Source of the DNA: an uncultured cyanobacterium
GTDB taxonomy: Bacteria; Cyanobacteriota; Cyanobacteriia; PCC-6307; Cyanobiaceae
Length of the DNA: 64,000 nucleotides
Assembly (NCBI GenBank): GCA_963697335.1
Contig: CAVONQ010000014.1
Span: 125,865 to 189,864 of the forward strand
Reading direction: 5' to 3'
Of the stretch, positions 9,524 to 20,426 are shown piece by piece. Every line of letters begins with the position of its first letter. The stretch's first letter is position 1. The notes beneath the pieces were generated by a model. That model did not search any database, was not told the DNA's origin, and worked only from the letters and a program-made list of their open reading frames with translations. Both the position numbers and the translations under genes were made by a program.

Positions 9524-10966
9524 GTGAGACTGAACCCAAGCCTTGCCCTGGATGCCGTGACCGTGGAGAGCCCCCCAGCGCCTGCCGGCGCCCTGCTCAA
9601 CGTGGCGGTGGCCGCCATGCGCGACCCGGTGAGCCGCGGCCTCACCCAGCCGCTGGCTTGGCGGCTGGAGCAGCTGCAGCGCTTGGAGCAGCTGCTCGAC
9701 GACCAGGCCGAGGCCATCGCCGCAGCCCTGGCCGCCGATCTGGGCAAACCGCCCTTGGAGGCCCAGTTCGAGCTGGTGGCCGTGCGCCAGGAGCTGCGCC
9801 ACAGCCGCCGCCGCCTGCGCCGCTGGATGGCACCGCGCCGGGTGGGGCTGGATCTGGCCCTCAGGCCCGGTCGGGCCTGGGTGCAAGCGGAGCCCCTCGG
9901 CTGTGTGCTGATCATCGGGCCCTGGAACTATCCGGCCCAGCTCTGCCTGCATCCACTCGTGAGTGCCCTGGCCGCCGGCAACACGGCGGTGATCAAGCCC
10001 TCGGAGCACGCTCCCCACACCGCCGAGCTGCTGGCCAGGGCCGTGGCAGCCTCCTTTCCCCCGGAGGTGGTGCAGGTGGTGACCGGCGACGGCGCCGTGG
10101 CGGCGGCCCTGCTCGAGGAGCGCTTCGACCACATCCTGTTCACCGGCGGCGGCCGCGTGGGACGGCTGGTGATGGCGGCGGCGGCGCGCCATCTCACCCC
10201 GGTGACGCTGGAGCTGGGGGGCAAGAGCCCGGCGATCGTGCTCGACGATGCCGATCTGGCCGTGAGCGGGCGGCGGCTGGCCTGGGGCAAGGGCCTCAAT
10301 GCCGGCCAGACCTGTATCGCCCCCGACCACCTGCTGGTGGCCGAGTCCGTGCGGGAGGCCCTGGTGCAGGCGATCGCCGCCGAGCTCACCGGCTTCTACG
10401 GCAGCGATCCCCTGGCCTCTCCCGACCTGGGCACGATCGTGAACCAGGCCCAGTACGAACGCCTGGAGGCCCTGCTGGAGGGGGCCCGCAGCCGCGGCCA
10501 GATCCTCCACGGCGGGGCCTGCGACCCCAGCCGGCGCAAGATCGCCCCCACCCTTGTGGCCGTGGCGGATGGCGACGATCCCCTGATGCAGGAGGAGCTG
10601 TTCGGACCGCTGCTGCCCGTGCTGAGCGTGGCCAACCTCGACGAGGCCCTGGCCCAGGTGCGCTCACGGCCCAAGCCCCTGGCGCTCTACCTGTTCACGC
10701 GCTCGGAGACCGCCCGGCAGCAGGTGCTGGCTGGCACCAGCTCCGGCTCGGTGTGCTTCAACGACGTGGTGATGCAGGCCGGGGCCACAGCCCTTCCTTT
10801 TGGCGGGGTGGGCGAGAGCGGCCTGGGCCGCTACCACGGCAAGGCCGGCTTCGACACCTTCTCGCACCAGCGCAGCGTGCTGAGCCGTCCGTTCTGGCTC
10901 GACCTGCCCGTGCGCTACCCGCCCTACGCCGGCAAGCTCGCCCTGGTGAAACGGCTGCTGGGCTGA
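9524..10966 (+). CDS. NAD(P)-dependent aldehyde dehydrogenase (ALDH3-like)
   Basis: IGPWNYP, FTGG, TLELGGKSP, NAGQTCIAPD, EELFGP, PFGGVGESG. Confidence 0.95.
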   Translation: MRLNPSLALDAVTVESPPAPAGALLNVAVAAMRDPVSRGLTQPLAWRLEQLQRLEQLLDDQAEAIAAALAADLGKPPLEAQFELVAVRQELRHSRRRLRRWMAPRRVGLDLALRPGRAWVQAEPLGCVLIIGPWNYPAQLCLHPLVSALAAGNTAVIKPSEHAPHTAELLARAVAASFPPEVVQVVTGDGAVAAALLEERFDHILFTGGGRVGRLVMAAAARHLTPVTLELGGKSPAIVLDDADLAVSGRRLAWGKGLNAGQTCIAPDHLLVAESVREALVQAIAAELTGFYGSDPLASPDLGTIVNQAQYERLEALLEGARSRGQILHGGACDPSRRKIAPTLVAVADGDDPLMQEELFGPLLPVLSVANLDEALAQVRSRPKPLALYLFTRSETARQQVLAGTSSGSVCFNDVVMQAGATALPFGGVGESGLGRYHGKAGFDTFSHQRSVLSRPFWLDLPVRYPPYAGKLALVKRLLG

Positions 10967-11082
10967 GGCGGCGGGCGCCCCGGGGCTGCGGAGTGATCAG
11001 CAGTGGTGATCCCGCTGGGCCTCGGGGGGGCTGGACGAGGCGATCACAGCCCTTACCTTGACGCCAGCTCTGCGTAGCGTCG

Positions 11083-12810
11083 ATGCACCGCGCCCTTGCA
11101 GCCCTGGCCCTGGCGATGGCGTCGCCGCTGCCCCTCCTCCTGGCTGGCCCCGCCTTCGCCCAGGTGGTGGTCCGCTCCGGCGAGACCCTCTCCGAACTGG
11201 CGGAGCGCCACGGCGTGAGCCTCTCGGGGTTGATGCAGGCCAACGGCATCAGCAACCCCGACCACGTGATGGTGGGCCAGACCCTGGTGATCCCCGGTGC
11301 CGCCCGCAGTGGGCAGCGGGCCTCAAGTGGCCGGGGCGGCAAGGTGACCGTGCAGCCCGGGGACACCCTCTCCGAGATCGCGGCCCGTGAAGGGGTGGGC
11401 CTGACGGCGCTGATGCAGGCCAACGGCCTCGGCAATGCCGACCACGTGATGGTGGGCGAGCAGCTGGTGATCCCGGGCGGGGGGCGCAGCAGCTCAGCCG
11501 CCTCCGCCAGCGCGGCCCGCAAGAGCACCCCCACGGCGCCCTACACGGTGAAGAGCGGCGAAACCCTCTCCGACATCGCCGCTCACTTCGGCACCAGCAC
11601 CCAACGGCTGATCCAGATCAACGGGATCAGTGACCCCGACCACGTCATGGCCGGCTCGCGGCTCCAGATCCCCGTTCGCCCCGGCGCCCGCCCAGTCGCG
11701 CCGAGCTCCAGCCCCGCCAAGGGCTCCGCCACGGCGAAAGAGCACCTGGTGAGCCCGGGCGAGAGCCTGGGCGACATCGCCAGCCGCTACGGCACATCGG
11801 TAGCCCGGCTCAGTGCCCTCAACGGCATCGACGATCCCGATCTGGTGCCTGCCGGCATGCGCCTGAAGCTGGTGGGCAACCCGCCCACCAAGGCCGCGGC
11901 GGCACCCGCCCCCAAAGCGGCTGCCAAGCCCGTCGCCAAGCCAGCAGCTCGGCCTGTGGCCAAGCCAACGGCGCAGCCAGAGCCCAGCTCCACTCCAGAT
12001 CAGACAGCGGCGGCGCAGGAACCCGCCAGCACCTCCTCTCCCGCCAGCACCTCCCCTGAAGCGTCCACTGAAGAACCTGCCGCCGCTCCAGCAGCCCAGC
12101 AGCCCCTGATTCAGGCCAGCGGTGCCCTGGCGCCCCGCGCCGAAACCGCAACCGATGGCCTGGCCCCAAGGGCCAGCGTGGCTCCCGCAGCCACAGCCCT
12201 CCAAGCGACGACCCCCGCAGCCATGCCGGTCGCTGCCACGGCCACCGCAGCCACGGCCACGGCCACGGCCACGGCAGCCTCGGCAGCCACCGCAAGCAAA
12301 GCCAACGCAGCGGCCAGCAGCGCCCGTGGCACCACCAGCTCGCTGGCCACCAGGGCAGCCACCAGCACGGTTACCGCGGTGGCTCCCCAGGCCTCCAGCA
12401 GCCGCCTCGCCCTGGCCACCGCCGGGGTGGGCAGCATGAGCCAGGCCACCGCCGCCCCAGTCAAGGCGGCCAGCGCCGCCGCGGCCAGCTCGACCATCGC
12501 CGCCCGGGCCGTCAGCAGCACGACCGCCAAGCCCGCCAGCACCAGCAGCGCCCCCGCCAGCGAGGAGACCCACGACTGGCGCAGCTATGGGCCCCTGCAG
12601 GTGGACTGGGCCAACTGGAAGCCCATGGGCGGCAGCTACGTGGCCCCCACCCTCAACAGCGCAGGAGACCCCCTCTACCTCGCCATCAACTGCGGGGCCC
12701 GCAAAGTGAATGCCACCAGCCAGTCGGGCCAGTGGAGCACCTGGGAAGACCCCTCCAACGACGACGAGCAGAAGCTGGTGACCGATCTCTGCAAGACCAA
12801 GGGCGGCTGA
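11083..12810 (+). CDS. Secreted LysM-repeat peptidoglycan-binding protein with Ala/Thr/Ser/Pro-rich linker and small C-terminal domain
   Basis: Signal peptide; four VxxG(E/D)(T/S)LxxIA-type LysM repeats. Confidence 0.9.
   Translation: MHRALAALALAMASPLPLLLAGPAFAQVVVRSGETLSELAERHGVSLSGLMQANGISNPDHVMVGQTLVIPGAARSGQRASSGRGGKVTVQPGDTLSEIAAREGVGLTALMQANGLGNADHVMVGEQLVIPGGGRSSSAASASAARKSTPTAPYTVKSGETLSDIAAHFGTSTQRLIQINGISDPDHVMAGSRLQIPVRPGARPVAPSSSPAKGSATAKEHLVSPGESLGDIASRYGTSVARLSALNGIDDPDLVPAGMRLKLVGNPPTKAAAAPAPKAAAKPVAKPAARPVAKPTAQPEPSSTPDQTAAAQEPASTSSPASTSPEASTEEPAAAPAAQQPLIQASGALAPRAETATDGLAPRASVAPAATALQATTPAAMPVAATATAATATATATAASAATASKANAAASSARGTTSSLATRAATSTVTAVAPQASSSRLALATAGVGSMSQATAAPVKAASAAAASSTIAARAVSSTTAKPASTSSAPASEETHDWRSYGPLQVDWANWKPMGGSYVAPTLNSAGDPLYLAINCGARKVNATSQSGQWSTWEDPSNDDEQKLVTDLCKTKGG
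12235..12280 (+). repeat. GCCACG-type hexamer repeats encoding an (Ala-Thr)n tract
   Basis: gccacggccaccgcagccacggccacggccacggccacggca. Confidence 0.7.
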
Positions 12811-12813
12811 GCC

Positions 12814-14415
<1,602 letters not shown>

Positions 14416-14459
14416 AGCTAGTGCTACGAGACCTTAATCGGCCCCAGATGTGGGGTGGA

Positions 14460-15554
14460 TCAGGGCAACGGCGGGGCCGGCAGCTGCTCGGGGCTCTCCT
14501 CCACCAGCTGCAGCCGCAGCCGCTTGCCGCCGGCCAGCTCCCCCAGGGACACCCGCAGCACGTTGCCGCTGAGTGACTGCAGCGCGGTGAGCAGGTCGCG
14601 CAGGTGGGGCGTGCTGCTGCCGCTCTCCACCCACAGCCGTTCCTGCAGGCCGCCCAGCCGCCGCCAACTGGTGTGCAGCTTGAGGGCGGCCGCCTCGAGG
14701 GCCTGGGCCTGACCCACCGCATCGGCCAGCAGGCCGAGGGCGTCGAGGCGCTGGGCCTCCTGCAGGGCCTTCTCGAACTGCAGGTCCCCGTGCTGAAAGG
14801 CCCGCACCGCCAGGGCGGCCTCCGCCGCCTTGGAGAGCCAGCGGGCGGTGCTGGTCACGTCGCGGATGCGATCGAGCTCGGGCTCCTCCCGCAGCACCCG
14901 GCGCAGGTCGTCCTGCTGCTCCTCCGGCAACTTGGCCAGCTCCTTCACCAGGGGCGCCACCACCCGTGGCGGCAGCAGGTTCTCGGCGGTGCGCTGGCGG
15001 ATCTCCTCGGGCAGCAGGGGGCTGGTGGCCGCGGTGAACTCGTCGCTGAGGCGCCGCACCTGCTTGCGGGTGATCTGCTGACCGTCGTTGGCGGCCTCCG
15101 AGATCATCTGCTGCACCTCCGGATCCGCCTGGGCCGTCTCCAGGAAGGCCCGCTTCGAGAAGTTGTTCACGCTCTGCTCCTCCAGCAGCCCCTCACCCAC
15201 CAGGTCCTGGGCCGATTCGGCCAGCTGGATCAAGGTGTAGGCCCGGGTCTTGCTGATCTCCCGCTCCCGCAACCACTGCAGAAAGCCGGTGCCGCGGCCC
15301 TCGCCGCCCCGCTTTTCCCGATCCCGCACGGCCCGCAGGATCCGCCCCCGCCAGATCTCCGTCTGCAGGTCGAAGCGATCGCACACGGCCCAGGCCTCCT
15401 CGAGGCGGGCCAGGAACTCCATGGTGCTGATCGTGTCGCTGTCCGGATCGGGCAGCTCCAGGGAGAGAACGGGCGGGGCGGAGAGCTCCGTGGGCGCCAT
15501 GGGCCGGTGCCGGCAGCAGTGCCGCCGATGCTCCCACGGGTTCGGTTCGGCCAA
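14460..15554 (-). CDS. Conserved hypothetical helical protein (true start probably near 15500)
   Basis: 364 aa ORF with strong GC3 bias; [23 protein letters not shown] segment resembles DUF3102-type motifs. Confidence 0.75.
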   Translation of the reverse strand: MAEPNPWEHRRHCCRHRPMAPTELSAPPVLSLELPDPDSDTISTMEFLARLEEAWAVCDRFDLQTEIWRGRILRAVRDREKRGGEGRGTGFLQWLREREISKTRAYTLIQLAESAQDLVGEGLLEEQSVNNFSKRAFLETAQADPEVQQMISEAANDGQQITRKQVRRLSDEFTAATSPLLPEEIRQRTAENLLPPRVVAPLVKELAKLPEEQQDDLRRVLREEPELDRIRDVTSTARWLSKAAEAALAVRAFQHGDLQFEKALQEAQRLDALGLLADAVGQAQALEAAALKLHTSWRRLGGLQERLWVESGSSTPHLRDLLTALQSLSGNVLRVSLGELAGGKRLRLQLVEESPEQLPAPPLP

Positions 15555-15640
15555 GGGCGACGAAACGTGACGCCGCCGCCAACGGCGCCTGGCGGGCCGG
15601 GTATCTTCCCTACGACAGCCTCCGAATCCACAGCGCAGCG

Positions 15641-15850
15641 ATGGCTATTTCCCGCGGCGACAAAGTGCGCATCAAGCGTCCCGAGTCCTACTGGTTCAAC
15701 GAAGTCGGCACCGTCGCCTCGGTCGACACCTCCGGGATCCGCTATCCGGTGGTGGTTCGCTTCGACAAGGTGAACTACAGCGGCTACAGCGGCTCCGAGG
15801 GCGGCATCAACACCAACAACTTCGCCGAAGCGGAACTGGACAAGGCCTGA
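15641..15850 (+). CDS. psaE: Photosystem I subunit IV
   Basis: [29 protein letters not shown]...[12 protein letters not shown]. Confidence 0.98.
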   Translation: MAISRGDKVRIKRPESYWFNEVGTVASVDTSGIRYPVVVRFDKVNYSGYSGSEGGINTNNFAEAELDKA

Positions 15851-15964
15851 GCCTCGGCTCAGAGCCCAGGTTGATTCCCCTGCCTACTCGGTGGGGGGAT
15901 CAGCTGCAGCGTTGTCATGGCAACGCAGGATGGCTGACAACCAGCTAGTCCTTTCGCCTCCTCC

Positions 15965-16810
15965 GTGCCGGAACTTCCAGAAGTTGAAACGGTGCGGCGG
16001 GGCCTGGAACAGCGCACCAGTGGTTTCACGATCAAGGCCGTCGCGGTGCTCCGGGACAGGGCTGTGGCCAGCCCCCCCGATCCCTCTGCCTTCATCCATG
16101 CCCTGGAAGGCTGCACGGTTGAAGCCTGGAGCCGTCGGGGCAAGTATCTGATTGCGGAGCTCAGCCGCGGCGATTGTGATGCGGGCCACTGGGGCGTGCA
16201 CCTGCGGATGACGGGGCAGTTTCTCTGGCTGGAGCAGCCGCAAGAGCCGTGCTCTCACACCAGGGTGCAGTTCTGGAACGCAGCAGGCCAGGAGTTGCGC
16301 TTCATCGACACCCGCAGCTTCGGGCAGATGTGGTGGGTGCCGGCCGGCCAGCCCGTTGACACGGTGATCACCGGCCTGCAACGGCTGGGCCCCGAACCCC
16401 TGGGCCCGGACTTCACAGCCACCTACCTGCGCCAGCGGCTGCGGGGCTCCAGCCGCCCGATCAAGAACGCCCTGCTGGATCAGGCCGTGGTGGCGGGCGT
16501 GGGCAACATCTACGCCGATGAATCCCTGTTCGCCGCCGGGATCCGCCCCCACACCCTCAGCGGCAGCCTCAGCCGCCCGCGGCTGGAGGGCCTGCGGCAG
16601 GCCCTGGTGGAGGTGCTCACCATCAGCATCGGCGCCGGGGGCACCACCTTCAGCGACTTCCGCGACCTCACGGGCACCAACGGCAACTACGGCGGCGTGG
16701 CCCTGGTGTATCGCCGCGGCGGCGAGCCCTGCCGGCGTTGCGGCCAACCGATCCAGCGTCAGAAGCTGGCAGGCCGCAGCAGCCACTGGTGCCCGAACTG
16801 CCAGCATTGA
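15965..16810 (+). CDS. mutM: Formamidopyrimidine-DNA glycosylase
   Basis: N-terminal PELPEVET, HLRMTG, GVGNIYADE, C-terminal Zn finger CRRC...CPNCQ. Confidence 0.97.
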   Translation: MPELPEVETVRRGLEQRTSGFTIKAVAVLRDRAVASPPDPSAFIHALEGCTVEAWSRRGKYLIAELSRGDCDAGHWGVHLRMTGQFLWLEQPQEPCSHTRVQFWNAAGQELRFIDTRSFGQMWWVPAGQPVDTVITGLQRLGPEPLGPDFTATYLRQRLRGSSRPIKNALLDQAVVAGVGNIYADESLFAAGIRPHTLSGSLSRPRLEGLRQALVEVLTISIGAGGTTFSDFRDLTGTNGNYGGVALVYRRGGEPCRRCGQPIQRQKLAGRSSHWCPNCQH

Positions 16811-16920
16811 GGCCTCTCACCCTCCAGCCGATCCCATTGGCCGCGTCCGTTCTGCCCATCCCGGCACCAAACCCTCAGCCTCCGGACCGTGCGGCCCTGG
16901 CCAGGGCGCTGAGCGAGGCG

Positions 16921-17532
16921 ATGGCCGCGGTGCATCGCCGGGGCTGGTGCGAGGGCACCGGCGGAAACTTCAGCTGCGTGCTCCGCCGGAACCCCCTCGC
17001 CCTTCTCATGGCGCCCAGCGGGGTGGACAAGGGCACGGTGCCCCCGGAGGCCCTGCTCACGGTGGATGGCAGCGGCGCCGTGCTGAAGGGTCACGGCCAC
17101 GCCAGCGCCGAAACCCTGCTGCACCTGGCCATCGTGGAGAGCACCGGCGCGGGCGCCGTGCTCCACACCCATTCCCAGGCCGGCACCCTGCTGTCCCGCC
17201 ATCACGGGCCCTCCCAGGAGGGGGTGGGTGGGCTGGCCCTGCGGGATCTGGAAATGCTCAAAGGGTTGGAGGGGGTGCGCACCCACGCCACGGAGGTGGT
17301 GGTGCCGGTGCTGGCCAACGACCAGGACCTGCGGCGGCTCAGCACCAGGGCCCGGCCGCTGCTGCCCGAGGCACCGATGGGACTGCTGATTGCCGGCCAC
17401 GGCCTCTATGCCTGGGGGAGCGATCTGCAGCAGGCCCGCCGCCATCTAGAGATCCACGAGTTCCTGCTGGAGCAGCACTGGCGGCAACTCCTGCTCGAGG
17501 GGCTGCTCAACCAACGAGCCGCTCAGCCATGA
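16921..17532 (+). CDS. mtnB: Methylthioribulose-1-phosphate dehydratase (start uncertain, 16810-16921)
   Basis: GTGGNFS, APSGVDKG, SAETLLH, VLHTHS, GHGLYAWG. Confidence 0.93.
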   Translation: MAAVHRRGWCEGTGGNFSCVLRRNPLALLMAPSGVDKGTVPPEALLTVDGSGAVLKGHGHASAETLLHLAIVESTGAGAVLHTHSQAGTLLSRHHGPSQEGVGGLALRDLEMLKGLEGVRTHATEVVVPVLANDQDLRRLSTRARPLLPEAPMGLLIAGHGLYAWGSDLQQARRHLEIHEFLLEQHWRQLLLEGLLNQRAAQP

Positions 17533-18305
17533 GCACCCCACCATCACGCCCCACCGTGACCTGCCGGACAGTGACCTGCCGAGGCGTCAGCCACCTGCTG
17601 CTCGACATCGAAGGCACCACCTGCCCGGTGAGTTTCGTCGCCGAGGTGCTGTTCCCCTACGCAGCCGCTCAACTGAACAGCTACCTCCAGGAGCACGCCC
17701 ACGACAGCCAGGTGTTGGCCCTGCTGGATGAGGCCGAAGCGGCGTGGGCCCAGGACTCTGACCCAGCCGCGCAACAGCTGCGCGCCCAGCCGGGCGCCCG
17801 GGTGCACGACTACCTCACCCTGCTGATCCAGCAGGACCGCAAGCTCACCGCCTTGAAGCAGCTTCAGGGGCTGATCTGGGAGCAGGGCTACGCCGAAGGG
17901 GCGCTCCGCTCACCGCTGTTCGACGACGTGCCCCCAGCCCTGCACCGCTGGACCCAGCAGGGCCTGATCCTGGCGGTGTATTCGTCGGGATCCGTGCAAG
18001 CCCAGCAGCTGCTGTACAAACACAGCAGTGCCGGTGATCTGAGCTCCTGCTTCAGCCACTGGTTTGATACCCGCAGTGGCGCTAAACGTGAGCCTCCCAG
18101 CTACAGCGAGATCGCCGAAAGGATGGAAGCTGCCGCCTCACGGATCCTGTTCATCAGCGACGCGCTGGAGGAATGCGTTGCAGCTGAACAGGCAGGCCTG
18201 CAGGTGGTGTTCAGCTCCCGACCCGGCAATCCCGCCAGGGATGCCGGGTCGTTTCCGTGGGTGGATGACTACGCCAACCTGGTGATCCAGCCTGCAGGAG
18301 CCTGA
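17529..18305 (+). CDS. mtnC: Acireductone synthase / enolase-phosphatase E1
   Basis: LLDIEGTT, DRKLTALKQLQGLIW, VYSSGSV, ILFISD; ATG overlaps the mtnB stop (ATGA). Confidence 0.93.
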   Translation: MSTPPSRPTVTCRTVTCRGVSHLLLDIEGTTCPVSFVAEVLFPYAAAQLNSYLQEHAHDSQVLALLDEAEAAWAQDSDPAAQQLRAQPGARVHDYLTLLIQQDRKLTALKQLQGLIWEQGYAEGALRSPLFDDVPPALHRWTQQGLILAVYSSGSVQAQQLLYKHSSAGDLSSCFSHWFDTRSGAKREPPSYSEIAERMEAAASRILFISDALEECVAAEQAGLQVVFSSRPGNPARDAGSFPWVDDYANLVIQPAGA

Positions 18306-18321
18306 TCCTGCAGGCTGGATC
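18284..18321. terminator. Perfect 16-bp inverted repeat at the convergent mtnC / island junction (possible terminator or RNA-stabilising hairpin)
   Basis: GATCCAGCCTGCAGGA-GCCTGA-TCCTGCAGGCTGGATC; no U tract. Confidence 0.55.
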
Positions 18322-18352
18322 CTGATCCTGCCGGTGGAAATCCGGGGCCACC

Positions 18353-18946
18353 TCAGCGCGAGGAGTTGCCGCCGCCACCACCGCCGCCGCCATCAAAGCA
18401 ACCGCCGATGGCACAGCCCACCAGGGCGCCGGCGGCAATGATGGGCAGCCAGATCCAACCCGGGGCTCCCCCGCCACCAGCCGCCGCCACGGCGCCCCGC
18501 TGCACCGTGAACAGCTTGGTGGCCTCAGTGCAGGACGTCGCCCACGGGGCGGGGAGGTCGACCCGGACGATCTGGCCGACCTGCACGTCCTCCTCGTGGG
18601 GAATGGTGAGGGTGTTGCCAGAAATCTCGCCATTCGACGAACTGATGATTTCGATGATGTTGCCATCGAGATCCCGCACCACCACCTGCTCAGCAGCCAG
18701 GGGGGCCAGGCTGCTATCGCAGCGGAAGGTGAAGTCATCGGCGCCTCGGGCCAGGCGAATCACGTCATCGTCGTTGGCCTGGGCCTGGCTGATCAGGGTT
18801 GCCTGGGCGCGTTGCAGGTCGGGCAGGGCCTGGACGCCTGATTCATCGATCCTCACCACCCGCAGGCCAATCTCAGGCAAGGCCCGCACCGGCAACGCCG
18901 AGAGAGAAAAACTGGCAGCCATGGCGGCCGGGAGCAGAAAACGCAT
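18353..18946 (-). CDS. Secreted hypothetical protein with C-terminal TM helix and poly-Gly tail
   Basis: Signal peptide ending VRA; C-terminus GGGGAPGWIWLPIIAAGALVGCAIGGCFDGGGGGGGGNSSR. Confidence 0.7.
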   Translation of the reverse strand: MRFLLPAAMAASFSLSALPVRALPEIGLRVVRIDESGVQALPDLQRAQATLISQAQANDDDVIRLARGADDFTFRCDSSLAPLAAEQVVVRDLDGNIIEIISSSNGEISGNTLTIPHEEDVQVGQIVRVDLPAPWATSCTEATKLFTVQRGAVAAAGGGGAPGWIWLPIIAAGALVGCAIGGCFDGGGGGGGGNSSR

Positions 18947-19045
18947 GACTCAGCGGGAAAAGAGGTGCTCAAAGGTGAGGTCGCAATGCTAGGCGCCAAT
19001 CCAACTGTCAGGAACAGATCCAGCCGTCAGGCAGTCATCACAGGC

Positions 19046-20239
19046 TCAGAACGATAAAGTCATTTTCCCATAGTAGCGGGTTTCGCAGGGATCACTGCTG
19101 CAGAACGAGGCGATGTAATCGGGGCGATTGCCGAGGAAGTCTGTGGCATAAAGCGACAGTGTGAGTGGAATCGCATCGATCGGCCGTACCGAAATCCCAG
19201 CACCGAAGCCGTAACCAAACCATTCAGCCCCGATTGAAACCCTGCTGTTGAGATAGAGCTGGATAGATCCAATCGCCGCCCAGTAGCAATCCGTTCCCGT
19301 GGGGAAGGTTGGGCTGCTGATGTTGTTGCCACTCAGACAGTTGGTGGAGCCGAGGCTTCCCCTGTTGCTGGTGTTGCCATAGCCATAGAAATCAGAGCCG
19401 ATCCCCACCGTTCCCACAGCCCACATCCCATTGGGCCCTTCTCCAAGGGGGATGGCCTGGGAGAGCACCAGATAGAAGTTGCGCCCCAGGTCAGTGCTGC
19501 TGTCGAGTTGCAGGATGTGCTCGCCGCCGAAGGCCAGGCCCGTGGTGGGAGTGAGATTCACCGCGGTGCGAAAGCCGAGGCTCTGGGCCGCGAATTGGGA
19601 GGTGCCCTCGTTGCGGCCGCTCAGGCTCTGCACGGCCCACTGGAAGCCCAGGCTGGCTCTCTCTCCCTTGAAGGGGGTGATTTCCAGGTAGGCCACCGCG
19701 TCGGCACAGTCGCTCGCGCTGGTTTCCCCTCCGACCCGACAGCTGCGGGTGCGGTTCACGCCATCGAGGATGGCGGACACGGTGAACTCCGGGTCCATGG
19801 CGAAGCCGTTGGGCACGAACAGGCCCGCATCGGGAAAGGGGTTCCCGTTCACGGTGATGCCCCTGGCCAAACCCCTGATCTGGGTGGGCTGGGGCTCCGG
19901 TTCAGGCAAGATGTCGGGATCGGGAGCCGCCAGCGCCTCCGCCACCGCAGCTTCAGGGTCGATCACCTCGGAGGCAGGCACCAGCTCCCAGGCCAACGAC
20001 GCCGCAGGATCGATCTGTGCCGCCTCAGCAGCTGGAGCAGCTCCAGCTGCGGCATCAACACCCACGGCGCCCGTTGGTTCCCGCACCGGTTCCCAGCGAA
20101 GGGCGGATGACTCACCTGGAGCGGGAGGCTCGTCGAGCGTCCACACGCGTGACTGGGCCAGCGATGCGGGGGTACTCAGCAGGGCCAACGTAGGGCAGGC
20201 CAGAATGGCCACGGTGCTGGAGAGAAAGCGCAACAGCAC
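19046..20239 (-). CDS. Putative outer-membrane beta-barrel protein (possibly YjbH/GfcD-like)
   Basis: Signal peptide, acidic Pro/Ala linker, alternating amphipathic strands, terminal YYGKMTLSF beta-signal. Confidence 0.6.
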   Translation of the reverse strand: MLLRFLSSTVAILACPTLALLSTPASLAQSRVWTLDEPPAPGESSALRWEPVREPTGAVGVDAAAGAAPAAEAAQIDPAASLAWELVPASEVIDPEAAVAEALAAPDPDILPEPEPQPTQIRGLARGITVNGNPFPDAGLFVPNGFAMDPEFTVSAILDGVNRTRSCRVGGETSASDCADAVAYLEITPFKGERASLGFQWAVQSLSGRNEGTSQFAAQSLGFRTAVNLTPTTGLAFGGEHILQLDSSTDLGRNFYLVLSQAIPLGEGPNGMWAVGTVGIGSDFYGYGNTSNRGSLGSTNCLSGNNISSPTFPTGTDCYWAAIGSIQLYLNSRVSIGAEWFGYGFGAGISVRPIDAIPLTLSLYATDFLGNRPDYIASFCSSDPCETRYYGKMTLSF

Positions 20240-20426
20240 GCCAAATCATCTGCCCCGCCAACCTTAAAGCCCCACCCCCCATCAGGTGGTATGGCAACAG
20301 GCCGATGATCAGATTGGGGCAGGGGCTGGCGGAGCCAGCACTTCGGCACAAGGGGCCCTGAGCCCAGGCTGCTGCAGCGGATACCATTAGCGTCAGCCCA
20401 CGGCCCCTAGCTTCCCCACGGCACCC

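Noticed and set aside
8819..10510. Long antisense or alternate-frame ORFs (also 3801-5171, 9658-11061, 14604-15773, 43485-44759 and others)
   Set aside because: Shadow ORFs expected from high GC3 codon bias over clear genes; no motifs.
16518..18305. 595 aa ORF looking like an extended or fused mtnC
   Set aside because: The upstream part is an off-frame read of mutM/mtnB; the real start is the ATGA overlap at 17529.
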